From: Armatimonadota bacterium
GTDB taxonomy: Bacteria > Armatimonadota > Armatimonadia > Armatimonadales > Armatimonadaceae
Length of the DNA: 35,797 nt
NCBI GenBank assembly: GCA_043754515.1
Contig: JAYUUO010000163.1
Span: 1-35,797, forward strand
Direction of reading: 5' to 3'
A program made the position numbers and the translations under genes. Below, in pieces: positions 1 to 8,960 of this stretch (within the stretch, counting starts at the first letter, position 1; each line of letters starts with the position of its first letter). The notes under the pieces were generated by a model. The model had not been told where the DNA came from. It saw only the letters and a list, made by a program, of their open reading frames with translations, and did not search any database.

Positions 1-86
1 GATTCACCCGTCGCCGATGTTTTTCAGAGGAAGCCCCATCAAATAACGGTGGCTCTAAATGTCATGTATTTCAGATTGGGCACTTA
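1..86 (-). mobile_element. Partial copy of MITE-like repeat, inverted relative to the copy at the right end
   Basis: 1-80 is the exact reverse complement of 35687-35766; 81-86 (CACTTA) matches 35681-35686 with one mismatch. Confidence 0.85.
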
Positions 87-112
87 GACTCTTTCACGTG
101 ACGATAGCGTCG

Positions 113-1195
113 CTAACTAGACGGGTTGGCGGGCGCGGCTAGTTTCCCCGGGGTGCCGTCACCTTCATTGTCGTGCCGGTATCCCGCGCGGAAATACGCC
201 ACTAGAAAGATGGCGGTTAGAGCCGCGAACACGAGTTTCAGTTCTTTGGGCAACGCGGACGGCGTGATGAAAGACTCTATAAACCCCGCCGCGATGAATA
301 GTGGTACGGTCCCGAGTAGGAGTCGAACCGCATCGCGTCCCGCGGCAGACAGTGCCTCTTTGCGGGTGCGCTCGCCGGGCGCAATCAGTGCATGGCCGAT
401 CACCATCCCCGCCGCCCCGCCGATTATTATGGCCGTCAATTCGATCACGCCGTGCGGTAGAATAAGCGACCAGAACAGCGTGTCGCGACCAGCTAAATGT
501 TGTTGCATCGCGAGCGCGCCGAGCGGCAACCCGTTGTAGAAGAGCAGGAACAGGGTCGGGAACCCGCCCAGCGTTCCGGCGGCGAACGCAAGAATGGCGA
601 CCCGGATGTTGTTGGTCATCAGTTGCGCCGCGAACGGTGGCTTCTGCTCGTCGGGCGGGTTATACGCCGGGTTTTTCTCGCGTTCGGCGTAATACGAGTC
701 GTTGTCGGCGAACTGCGCGGGCACAACCACGCGGATATTTGCCGGTTCGACGGCTACCATCACGGCTGCGACACAAGCACCGAAGAGCACCATGAATGTG
801 GCGGCAAAGACATAAAGTTGTCTCCGGCGCAGAAGGCGCGGAAACCCGGTGGCGATGAACGAGACTAGCCGCGAGAAGCCGGGGTTCTTTTCGGCGTATA
901 GGGTGCCGTGCGCACGGGTGACGAGGCCGTTCAGGTACAATAAAAGGGCGGAATCTGCGCCTCGGAGCCGCGCGTAGGCGAGGTCGCTCGCGGTGCGGCG
1001 GTAGAGCGGGCCGAGAGATTTAAGGTCGGAGCGTGGGAGCGAGCGGATGCCGTTGCGCCCCGCCCCCATCGTGTTCAAAATGCGAGCCAGGGTGTCCCAT
1101 CCTGGCTTACGTGTTTCGATCCAGCTGCTTAGCGCGGCGGTCGAAGGCAGGTTGAGCGGATTCGGCGGGGTAGGCGGTACGGACGGGATGGTCAT
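113..1195 (-). CDS. SpoIIM/DUF95-family integral membrane protein
   Basis: LYRRTASDLAYAR N-terminal region; NNIRVA, NG, ILPHGVIEL and AGFIESFITP motifs; several hydrophobic helices; next to an RDD gene. Confidence 0.9.
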   Translation of the reverse strand: MTIPSVPPTPPNPLNLPSTAALSSWIETRKPGWDTLARILNTMGAGRNGIRSLPRSDLKSLGPLYRRTASDLAYARLRGADSALLLYLNGLVTRAHGTLYAEKNPGFSRLVSFIATGFPRLLRRRQLYVFAATFMVLFGACVAAVMVAVEPANIRVVVPAQFADNDSYYAEREKNPAYNPPDEQKPPFAAQLMTNNIRVAILAFAAGTLGGFPTLFLLFYNGLPLGALAMQQHLAGRDTLFWSLILPHGVIELTAIIIGGAAGMVIGHALIAPGERTRKEALSAAGRDAVRLLLGTVPLFIAAGFIESFITPSALPKELKLVFAALTAIFLVAYFRAGYRHDNEGDGTPGKLAAPANPSS

Positions 1196-1231
1196 GGGTG
1201 TGTTCTGTTCGCGAAAGGCTCTGGGACGATT

Positions 1232-2050
1232 ATGGCACGCAGTATCGAGATTTTGACGCCCGAAAGTATACCACTCACGCTGGAACCGGCCGGTATCGGC
1301 ACCCGATTCGGCGCGATTCTGGTGGACATTGTTATCCAGCTGGGTGTTGCCGTTGGAGGAATAACCCTCGCGGCCATTCTTTCGGCATTCGTCGGGTGGA
1401 CGGGCGGCTCCGCCGTGTTCGAGGTAATTCTGATTGTCGGCGGCTTCGTGTTGCTATTCGGCTATTTTATCCTGTTCGAGACGGTTTGGAACGGGCAAAC
1501 GCCGGGCAAGAAAATGTTCGGTCTGCGCGTGGTACGGGACGGAGGGCGGCCGGTGGACTTCTTCTCTGTCGCAACCCGCAATCTAGTGCGCATCGCCGAC
1601 TTCCTCCCGGTTTCGTACGCGCTCGGTGCCGGGGCGATCTTCTTTCACCCGCAGTACAAGCGGTTCGGAGATATGGCGGCGGGAACCATCGTCGTGCGCG
1701 AGCGCGAGGCGAAAACTTTGGGCTTCGCGTGGAACAAGAAAAAGGACGCCGCCGCGCTGGTGGCGGCCTCCCTGTTTAAGATGGCGCGACTTCCGGAAAC
1801 TGTAAATCCGCCCGCGGACGTTTTGCGCCCGGAGGAGCAGGTGTTACTTCGGCACTTCGCCATCCGGCGCTGGGAGATGACGCCCGACGACGCCGAGCGG
1901 ATGGGCTACCGGATCGTTGTTCCACTCGTAGCCCGCCTGAACTTGACGTTTGTGCCCGGCGCGCCCCCCCACTACGCCGACCTCGTCTCCACCGTGGTCG
2001 CCGATCTCGACCGCGAGCAAGAAAATCGGGAGGCGGGGCGGACGCTCTAG
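1232..2050 (+). CDS. RDD family membrane protein
   Basis: RFGAILVD, GQTPGKKMFGLRVV, RNLVRIAD and KRFGDMAAGTIVV motifs. Confidence 0.92.
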   Translation: MARSIEILTPESIPLTLEPAGIGTRFGAILVDIVIQLGVAVGGITLAAILSAFVGWTGGSAVFEVILIVGGFVLLFGYFILFETVWNGQTPGKKMFGLRVVRDGGRPVDFFSVATRNLVRIADFLPVSYALGAGAIFFHPQYKRFGDMAAGTIVVREREAKTLGFAWNKKKDAAALVAASLFKMARLPETVNPPADVLRPEEQVLLRHFAIRRWEMTPDDAERMGYRIVVPLVARLNLTFVPGAPPHYADLVSTVVADLDREQENREAGRTL

Positions 2051-2051
2051 T

Positions 2052-2483
2052 TCAGAAAGGCGAATCGCTCACCGCTCGCTCCCGAAACCACGCGCACAGT
2101 GCCTCCTCGGAGAGGCTTCCCCCAGCTAGCGCGAGGAACGTCCTATGTTTCTCCTCCTGGGTCGCCGCGACGCCGAGGCCATTCAGTAGCAGGAATGTCC
2201 GCGCTACGACCAGCGCGGTGCGTTTGTTGCCGTCAAAAAAGGGGTGGTTGCGGGCGATCCCAAACGCATACGCGGCGGCGAGCGATGGCAAATCCGTAGC
2301 GACCGCTTCGTCCCCGTAGGCGAACAGATGAATCGGACGCGCGAGCGCGGAGGCGAGTAGTCCTTCGTCGCGGGTGCCGTCAACGCCGCCGTGCTCCGCG
2401 ACCTGGAGGCCATGAACTGCTACCACCGTAGCATCCATGACCCAGACCGGTTCCGCGCGGGGGTATTCCGCCTCCCCGGTCAT
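2052..2483 (-). CDS. doc: Death-on-curing (Doc/Fic) family type II toxin
   Basis: HGG..G.RDEGLLASALARP and the Doc motif NHPFFDGNKRTA. Confidence 0.93.
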   Translation of the reverse strand: MTGEAEYPRAEPVWVMDATVVAVHGLQVAEHGGVDGTRDEGLLASALARPIHLFAYGDEAVATDLPSLAAAYAFGIARNHPFFDGNKRTALVVARTFLLLNGLGVAATQEEKHRTFLALAGGSLSEEALCAWFRERAVSDSPF

Positions 2484-2704
2484 TTTGCTAGCTCACTCAG
2501 AGCATCATAGTCTTCGCGCATCACCTTCGCGGCGACTGTTATCTGCGCGGCGAGTTTCGATTCGTGCGAGGAGAGTTCATACCCCACTGAGGCTTCGGCA
2601 AGGAAAAGCGTATCCCCCGTCACGGCACGGAGGCGTGCCAGAACTTCGGCGGGCAGGATGATCCCGACCGAGTCGCAGACGGCGGTCACCACGAGTTTGA
2701 TCAT
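2480..2704 (-). CDS. AbrB/MazE/SpoVT-family antitoxin (74 aa)
   Basis: DSVGIILPAEVLARL...GDTLF fold pattern; C-terminal MREDYDALSELAK; ATGA overlap with doc; start placed at ATG 2704, 6 nt after a -10 box. Confidence 0.85.
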   Translation of the reverse strand: MIKLVVTAVCDSVGIILPAEVLARLRAVTGDTLFLAEASVGYELSSHESKLAAQITVAAKVMREDYDALSELAK

Positions 2705-2710
2705 GCGCTG

Positions 2711-2719
2711 ATTGTAGCA
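2711..2719 (-). promoter_or_regulatory. Extended -10 promoter (TGCTACAAT), probably giving a leaderless TA operon mRNA
   Basis: TGn-TACAAT lies 6 nt upstream of the antitoxin ATG; no Shine-Dalgarno. Confidence 0.65.
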
Positions 2720-2893
2720 GAAGCCACCCCGAACCAGCACGTAACTGTTCCTCAGCCATGTTGATGTTTGTCGTCTATTCGCCCTGGTTCTGAAACGTTC
2801 CTTTCTGCTCGTGGTGAACATCCCACTTCTCGGGCGGTATAATGGTTTTAACGAAACTGGGGCAACATCTCCAGCCTTGAAGAGGGCACCATT

Positions 2894-3041
2894 GTGAACA
2901 AGAAAGAAGTCCCCGCGTCGTCGGCATATTCCGAATTGATTGATTTCATCGCTCTCGGGGGGGGCGGAAGCGGTGATCGCATCATTCCTGAGATCGGCGT
3001 CGGTGCCGTCACGGAGCGGCTTCTCGGATTCAACACCATAG
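2894..3041 (+). pseudogene. Possible remnant of a small antitoxin-like gene
   Basis: AYSELIDFIA..G followed by a G8 run (2957-2964); another frame continues AEAVIASF; TATAAT at 2838-2843. Confidence 0.3.
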
Positions 3042-3088
3042 AGAGATGCGGGGAACGGAGAGGATTACAGGCATCCGGGAAATACCCA

Positions 3089-3742
3089 TCAGGTGCCCAA
3101 ACCGTTTAAAGCGGCCCGCGCCGCTTCCGTCTGCGCCGCCCGTTTACTGGGACCGCGCCCGGTGCCGAGTGGCTCCGCGCCCTCCGAGGTGTAGACAGCC
3201 GCTGTGAACACGATCTTCTGCCCCACGCCGTCCTCCGACAGGATCGCATAGCGCGGGTTTCCGTCGCCCGCCGCCAGCAGACGCATCTGTAGCTCCGTCT
3301 TGGCGTCCGGCTGGGGCGGCGTTTCGACTACAGTGCGCAGGACGCCTGCCAGCGATTCGCGAACGAACCGCTCCGCCACGTCGTAACCCTGATCGAAGAA
3401 GATAGCCGCGACTACCGCCTCGTACGCGTCCGCGAGTGGCGACTCGCCCGTCTGCCGGTTATCCTTCCGCTCGCCCACTCCCATCTGTAGTCGCTCGCCA
3501 ATTCCCAATCCCCGCGCCGCTTCCGCCAACGTCTCGCGACGCACGATGCGGGAGAGCATGCGTGTCAGTGCCCCCTCGTCCGTCTCGGGCGGCAGTGCCT
3601 CTAGCAAAAACCGCGCGACGAACGCCGAGAGGAGTGCGTCGCCCAGGAACTCCAGTCGCTCGTTGCTCCCGGAAACGGTCGGCGACGCGGAGCGGTGCGT
3701 CAGCGCGGTGCGGACGCGCGGCGTGTCCGGTAGCGGCGGCAA
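3089..3742 (-). CDS. rnc: Ribonuclease III
   Basis: ALTHRS, NERLEFLGD signature, LADAYEA, and a C-terminal dsRBD (DAKTELQ...G.GPSKRAAQTEAA); start codon uncertain. Confidence 0.93.
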   Translation of the reverse strand: MPPLPDTPRVRTALTHRSASPTVSGSNERLEFLGDALLSAFVARFLLEALPPETDEGALTRMLSRIVRRETLAEAARGLGIGERLQMGVGERKDNRQTGESPLADAYEAVVAAIFFDQGYDVAERFVRESLAGVLRTVVETPPQPDAKTELQMRLLAAGDGNPRYAILSEDGVGQKIVFTAAVYTSEGAEPLGTGRGPSKRAAQTEAARAALNGLGT

Positions 3743-3747
3743 GGGGT

Positions 3748-4959
3748 CTACCGGAGCCGCGATACTGCCTCCGCGATCCGCGTCAACCCCTTCTCGATAG
3801 CCGCCATGGAGGTCGCGTAGGAAAGGCGGACGTAATCCCCCGCTCCGAAGCCGGAGCCGGGCACGACGGCCACCTGAACGGCGGACAGGAGGTAGTCCGC
3901 GAACGCGTCCGAGTCGGCGAGTATTTTACCGTCGGGCATCGTCTTGCCGAGTAGCGCGGAGATGTTTGGGAACACATAAAACGCCCCCTCCGGCTTTCGG
4001 CACGTGATCCCCGGCACGCGATTCAGCCCGTCCGTAATGACGTGGCGGCGGCGGTCGAACTCCGCGACCCACTCGGTCAGAAACTCCTGCGGCCCGTTGA
4101 GGGCGGCGACGGCGGCGTACTGCGCGATGGAGGTCGGGTTCGACGTCACCGCGTCCTGTATCCGCCCCATCGCCGCGATAACCGGCGTTGCAAGTGCGGC
4201 GGCGTACCCGATGCGCCAACCAGTCATCGAGTAGGTCTTGGAGACACCGTTCACCGTGATGGTCCGCCTCGCGATCTCAGGGTTTAGCGCGGCGATCGAG
4301 ATCGGGATGTTCCCGTCATAGACGATCTTCTCGTATATCTCGTCCGCCACGACATAGAAGTCACGCTCGACCGCGAGTTCGGCGAGCCGCTCGATGGTCG
4401 CGCGGGGCCACATCGCGCCGGTCGGGTTGGACGGCGAGTTGAGCACGAACAGTTTGGTGCGCGGCGTAATAGCGGCCTCGATCTGCTCCACGGTCGGGGC
4501 GAACCCGGCGGCGTCCGTGGCCTCAATGATTACCGGGGTCGCGTCCGCGAGCCGTACCTGCTCTGGATACGACACCCAGTACGGCGCGGGGATAATCACC
4601 TCGTCACCCGCCTCACACACCGCCTGGAAGATATTGTAGAGCGAGTGCTTTCCGCCACACGACACAATGATCTGGTTCGGCGCGTAGGTCAACCCGCTGT
4701 CGCGCTCAAACTTATCGGCGATTGCCTTCTTCAGCGCGGGAATCCCAGCGGACGGCGTGTACTTGGTGAGGCCTTTCGCCAACGCGTCCACGGCGGCGTC
4801 CTTGATATGTTGCGGGGTATCGAAGTCCGGCTCGCCTGCCCCGAACGCGACGACATCCAGGCCGTCGGCTTTGAGCTGATTCGCCTTCGCGGTGATGGCA
4901 AGGGTCGGGGACGGCGCGACGTTTCGCGCCCGCGCGGAAAGTAGGGAGGCTTCGGACAT
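3748..4959 (-). CDS. aspC: PLP-dependent class I aminotransferase (aspartate aminotransferase-like)
   Basis: GEPDF, NSPSNPTG, DEIY, SKTYSMTGWRIG (PLP lysine), VRLSYA; start moved to MSEAS. Confidence 0.92.
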   Translation of the reverse strand: MSEASLLSARARNVAPSPTLAITAKANQLKADGLDVVAFGAGEPDFDTPQHIKDAAVDALAKGLTKYTPSAGIPALKKAIADKFERDSGLTYAPNQIIVSCGGKHSLYNIFQAVCEAGDEVIIPAPYWVSYPEQVRLADATPVIIEATDAAGFAPTVEQIEAAITPRTKLFVLNSPSNPTGAMWPRATIERLAELAVERDFYVVADEIYEKIVYDGNIPISIAALNPEIARRTITVNGVSKTYSMTGWRIGYAAALATPVIAAMGRIQDAVTSNPTSIAQYAAVAALNGPQEFLTEWVAEFDRRRHVITDGLNRVPGITCRKPEGAFYVFPNISALLGKTMPDGKILADSDAFADYLLSAVQVAVVPGSGFGAGDYVRLSYATSMAAIEKGLTRIAEAVSRLR

Positions 4960-5134
4960 ATTGTTTGAGAAATTCCTTGGATCGGTTAACGGGTTTCGCC
5001 GACACTGGCAAGCGTTAGTATAACGCCGCGTGCCGCCGGTTTCAACCACCCGGCTCTTTGCCGCGTCGTTCCAAGAAGCCTATCCATGGGCGCCCGCCCA
5101 ACCGGAAGCGTTCGCCGTCCTCCTATACTCCCGT

Positions 5135-5668
5135 TCATACTCTGGGCGTGTCGTGTACCGAGGGCACGAAGCGGTCTATAAAAGTTCGGAAGTCGGGCGC
5201 GAGCTTGTAATACAGCACGGTCGGGTGCAGGTCCGCGTCCACGTACGCCACGGTCGGCTCCTCGAACCGTCCCCGCGCGGAGTAGTCGAGAACGACGCCG
5301 CCGTGATTGTAATGAGCAATGTTAACGGACTGGGCCGGGTAGCCCCAATTGCTTATCAAGGAATCGTTCACTATTCGCCCCTGGAATAATGAGTCTATGC
5401 CTTCTTCCCCGCCAACCCCCTTCAAGAAGAGGATGCCAACATTGGGCCTCTCGGAGTAACCCGGGATGCCGACAAACATCCGATTCACGACGAAGCCGCC
5501 GTTCCGCCTTTGAACGAGTTCTTTGTAGGCGTCAGGTAGACGGACGCCTAGGGCGGCCTCGGCCGCCTGTATCTCAGCTGGGCCCGCCGTCGGCGCGCCG
5601 AGTTCGGGGTGTTCTTCATCGAAAAGGATCACTATGTCGCCTTCGGGTGCATCATCGCTTTGTACCAT
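5135..5668 (-). CDS. SMI1/KNR4 (SUKH) family protein
   Basis: EIQAAEAALGVRLPDAYKEL...NGG; VLDY....EP.V.YVD; LAPDFRTFI. Confidence 0.88.
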   Translation of the reverse strand: MVQSDDAPEGDIVILFDEEHPELGAPTAGPAEIQAAEAALGVRLPDAYKELVQRRNGGFVVNRMFVGIPGYSERPNVGILFLKGVGGEEGIDSLFQGRIVNDSLISNWGYPAQSVNIAHYNHGGVVLDYSARGRFEEPTVAYVDADLHPTVLYYKLAPDFRTFIDRFVPSVHDTPRV

Positions 5669-5734
5669 AGAGTGCCTCTTTCTTGAAAAATACTTTGCCT
5701 CAGCCGCCGCTATTGTCGCCTCATTGATTGCCCG

Positions 5735-6196
5735 CTACCCCACAGCGATCACATAGCGAATGGCGTCGTCCGGGTCGGAGAAACGGTTGTACAAGCGTTG
5801 CGCCGCGACATTCCCCGGACGCGTGTGCCAGTAGACACGCGCCCACCCGTTCTCTTCAGCCAGTGCCACGAGGTGGCTAATAAGGGCGAAGCCAACCCCT
5901 TCCCCGCGAGACTGCTCGCGAACGAACAGATCCTCAAGGTAGACCACCTGCTTCCCGAGCCGCAGTTTCGGGTGCAGGATGTAGTTCGCAAACCCGAGCA
6001 AGTTGCCGGGAGCGTCTTCTGCCACGAGCGAACCGGTGGAAGCATTCCCGTCGCTGACTTGGTCCCAAACCGCTTCGGCGCGGTCTGGAACCGCGTCCCT
6101 GTAGAACAACGCGCACATTTCGCACCACGAGGACTGATCGCCTTCTCGGACGGGGCGAACCATCGGCAACGAGGTTCGATTGCGTTGTTCGGTCAT
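5735..6196 (-). CDS. GNAT family N-acetyltransferase
   Basis: YLEDLFV...RGEGVGFALI; RVYWHT..GN..AQRLY. Confidence 0.9.
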   Translation of the reverse strand: MTEQRNRTSLPMVRPVREGDQSSWCEMCALFYRDAVPDRAEAVWDQVSDGNASTGSLVAEDAPGNLLGFANYILHPKLRLGKQVVYLEDLFVREQSRGEGVGFALISHLVALAEENGWARVYWHTRPGNVAAQRLYNRFSDPDDAIRYVIAVG

Positions 6197-6657
6197 AGCA
6201 AGAGTGTGTAGCGCACGAAATCGTCGGCTGGATTGAAGCGGTCGTAAAGCCGTCGCGCGGGAGCGTTACCCGTCTGCGTGTGCCAGTAGACCCGCCCCCA
6301 CCCTTCGGACTTGCCCGTCTCGATCAGGTACGTAATCAGCGCGTGTCCGACGCCCGCGCCGCGTGCCTCGGGGCGTACGTACAAGTCTTCCAGACAACAG
6401 ATCTCTTTGTCGCTCCACGTGTGCGGATGCAGGATATAGTTCGCGAATCCGAGCGCGGTTCCCTGCTCGCTCGTTGCGATCAAGGAGTTTGTTGCACTGT
6501 CCACGCCCCGGATTCGCTCCCAGACATTCGCCGTGACGTTCTCCGGAAGTGACTGAGCGTAGAATGCGCAATATGCCGCCCACATCTCGCGCCATGCCGC
6601 TTCGTCGCCGTTACCAATAGGACGTATAATCATCGTTTCATGGGGAAGAATGTTCAT
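6193..6657 (-). CDS. GNAT family N-acetyltransferase (paralog of the downstream gene)
   Basis: LEDLYV...RGAGVGHALI; RVYWHT..GN..ARRLY; start at MNILP (6657) or MIIRP (6633). Confidence 0.9.
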   Translation of the reverse strand: MNILPHETMIIRPIGNGDEAAWREMWAAYCAFYAQSLPENVTANVWERIRGVDSATNSLIATSEQGTALGFANYILHPHTWSDKEICCLEDLYVRPEARGAGVGHALITYLIETGKSEGWGRVYWHTQTGNAPARRLYDRFNPADDFVRYTLLL

Positions 6658-6790
6658 CGTGACCGTTATGCTACCGCGTTCCGCCTCCGAAACACAGTGG
6701 CGTGCGTACGCAACCATTTGCACGTCGCGTGTCGTATAATAAAGGCGTCCCGCGCTCCCCGAATGCGCCGTGCTACTTTGCCTTTGATAT

Positions 6791-8899
6791 ATGAAGATCC
6801 AAGTCCAGCCAGCCGTAACGCAGACCCCCCCGCCCCGCTCCACGTGGTATACGCAGAACGGCCAGGGCACCGTCGGCACTCCGCCAAGCGGGGTCGGAGT
6901 CCGAACGCCTCCTGTTCTCGCCGCCCCGTCACTCCATTGGCCCGACGCCGTGGCATACCGGGAGGCAATCCAAAACCCGCAAGCCTCGCTCGCCCCTCCC
7001 GAACTACGCGGCGGGGCGGTGTCGCAAGACCGGCGCGGGTTGCCGGTCGCCTATTCGGGGCGATTCGCGGTCGTGTTTCGCGTCGCTGACACCGAAGGTT
7101 TCCAATGGGCGGTTCGTTGCTTCACGTCCCCGCCGCAGGATGAAGTAATCCCGCGCACCGACCGTTACCGTCTGATCGCCGCGCGCGTCTCCGAACTTGG
7201 CGATGTTTTCGTGCCCTTCAAATACTTTGGGCAGGGGGTCCGCGTCGGCTCGGAGTGGTACCCCATCGTGGCGATGCGCTGGGCGAGCGGCGAAACACTG
7301 GGGAAGTTCACCGACCGTAATCTGCACGACCCCGATGCCCTGCGCATGCTCGCGGGGAGCCTGTCGTCGCTCCTCAAGCGGCTGGAGGACGCCGGAATTG
7401 CGCACGGCGACTGGCAACACGACAACCTGCTGGTGTCTAAAAGCGGTAAGCACGTCACGCTTGTGGATTACGACGGGATGTTCGTGCCGGAGTTCGCCGG
7501 TCTTGTCGCGGACGAACTAGGACACCCGAACTATCAGCACCCAGCACGTACCCCGATTGACTTCGGACCCGGCATGGACCGGTTCGCCTGCCTCGTGATG
7601 CAATCCGCGCTTCTCGGGCTGGCCCATGATCCGACCCTCTGGAGCCGCTTCTCGGACGGCGAGTCGCTCCTGTTCAAGAAGATTGATTTGCAGGAGCCAT
7701 CCGTGTCGCCAGTATTCCGCGCCCTGCGCGAGATCGCCGAAGCCCGCGAAGACGGGTTGCTCGCCGACTCGCTAACACGGCTCGAGGACGCGTGCCGTGA
7801 CGCGCCTGACGCGGTGGCGGAGCCAGCGGTCGAGTCGGGCGCGATGATTGTGAGCAACGCCGCGAGCGATTGGGACAGCCTCCCCAGCACAGCGACGGTT
7901 CTGACGACGGCGGCGCAGCAACCCGGCGTGCTGACGACCATCGTTGAGCAGGCGAAGGGGGCGAAGTGGTGGCAGGCGGGGCCGGCGGTAGCACTGCCCG
8001 ATCCCGCGCTCGTCGCGCGGACGTCGTCCGCCTCCGCCGCGAAATGGTTCGCGAGTCACACGCCCGCCGTTATGGGCGGCGCGGGGCTGGCTCAGATGTA
8101 CAAGCCGGTGGAGACATGGGCCTTCATCGAACGGGTGTACCGCGACGAGACCCTGACCGCGGAGCGAAAGCATTTCATGATGTCGCGCGCCGGGCTGCTT
8201 GTTCTAGCGTCATTCACGGCACTGCTGGTGATGTCGCTCTTCGGGCATGGCCACTCGTTCCCCTTCTACGTGTTTTTCTGGGTATTCAATCTTGGTAGTC
8301 TCGGCTACGCGAACTGGCCCCGCAAAAAGATCTATGACGAACTCGAGACGGAGATCGCTAAGATGGAGCGGCTGATGAACGAGCGGCGGGAGAAGATCGC
8401 GGCGCGGAGGCAGGCTTCCGGGATGGGTGCGAGCGCGGCGGGCGCGTTCGGGTCACTCGCGGACTACATCACGGATCGCCTCGATAAGACGCGCATTAGC
8501 GAGGTGCTACAGATACCCGGGATCACGCTGACCACGGTAAAAACGCTCCGCGGTGAAGGCGTCACCACCGCGCTCCATCTACAGGGTCGTGCCGCGATAC
8601 CCGAGATCCCCCCCTACGAGTTCGCGGCGTTGACGCAGTGGTGCCGGGAACTCGAAATGCGTGCCGCCGATGAGTATCGTCACTCCGGCGCGACAAACCG
8701 GCCGCAGAACACCACCGCCGAGATCGCGCGATGGGAGCAGGAAGCCGCCGAGTTCGAGCGTGAGCGGGATCGTCTCCTGCGCGAGAAGGCGCAGTTCCCC
8801 GACGTCTCGTTCCAGGGCGTCTATTGGCGTAGGTTATTAGGTCTGCCGGAGCCGACATCCGTGACTACTTCACCGAGCCAGGCGAACCCCGCGCCGTGA
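6791..8899 (+). CDS. Protein kinase-like domain + two TM helices + C-terminal helix-hairpin-helix domain (YegI-like)
   Basis: WP...Y.EAIQNP, SGRFAVVF, WAVRCF, HGDWQHDNLLV, LVDYDGM, GHPNYQHP; hydrophobic hairpin; IPGI...LR.EGVTTA...IP...AL.QW..ELE. Confidence 0.85.
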   Translation: MKIQVQPAVTQTPPPRSTWYTQNGQGTVGTPPSGVGVRTPPVLAAPSLHWPDAVAYREAIQNPQASLAPPELRGGAVSQDRRGLPVAYSGRFAVVFRVADTEGFQWAVRCFTSPPQDEVIPRTDRYRLIAARVSELGDVFVPFKYFGQGVRVGSEWYPIVAMRWASGETLGKFTDRNLHDPDALRMLAGSLSSLLKRLEDAGIAHGDWQHDNLLVSKSGKHVTLVDYDGMFVPEFAGLVADELGHPNYQHPARTPIDFGPGMDRFACLVMQSALLGLAHDPTLWSRFSDGESLLFKKIDLQEPSVSPVFRALREIAEAREDGLLADSLTRLEDACRDAPDAVAEPAVESGAMIVSNAASDWDSLPSTATVLTTAAQQPGVLTTIVEQAKGAKWWQAGPAVALPDPALVARTSSASAAKWFASHTPAVMGGAGLAQMYKPVETWAFIERVYRDETLTAERKHFMMSRAGLLVLASFTALLVMSLFGHGHSFPFYVFFWVFNLGSLGYANWPRKKIYDELETEIAKMERLMNERREKIAARRQASGMGASAAGAFGSLADYITDRLDKTRISEVLQIPGITLTTVKTLRGEGVTTALHLQGRAAIPEIPPYEFAALTQWCRELEMRAADEYRHSGATNRPQNTTAEIARWEQEAAEFERERDRLLREKAQFPDVSFQGVYWRRLLGLPEPTSVTTSPSQANPAP

Positions 8900-8937
8900 T
8901 TCCGCCGCCGTGGGCCGGTCGGCAACTTTTCCGCCGG

Positions 8938-8946
8938 TGGTATACT
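8938..8946 (+). promoter_or_regulatory. Extended -10 promoter for ftsY (TGGTATACT)
   Basis: TGn-TATACT 14 nt upstream of the ATG. Confidence 0.55.
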
Positions 8947-8960
8947 AAGCGCGAACCACC

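Noticed and set aside
6658..6879. N-terminal extension of the 228-aa GNAT ORF
   Set aside because: Overlaps the divergent kinase start; GNAT homology begins at about MIIRP
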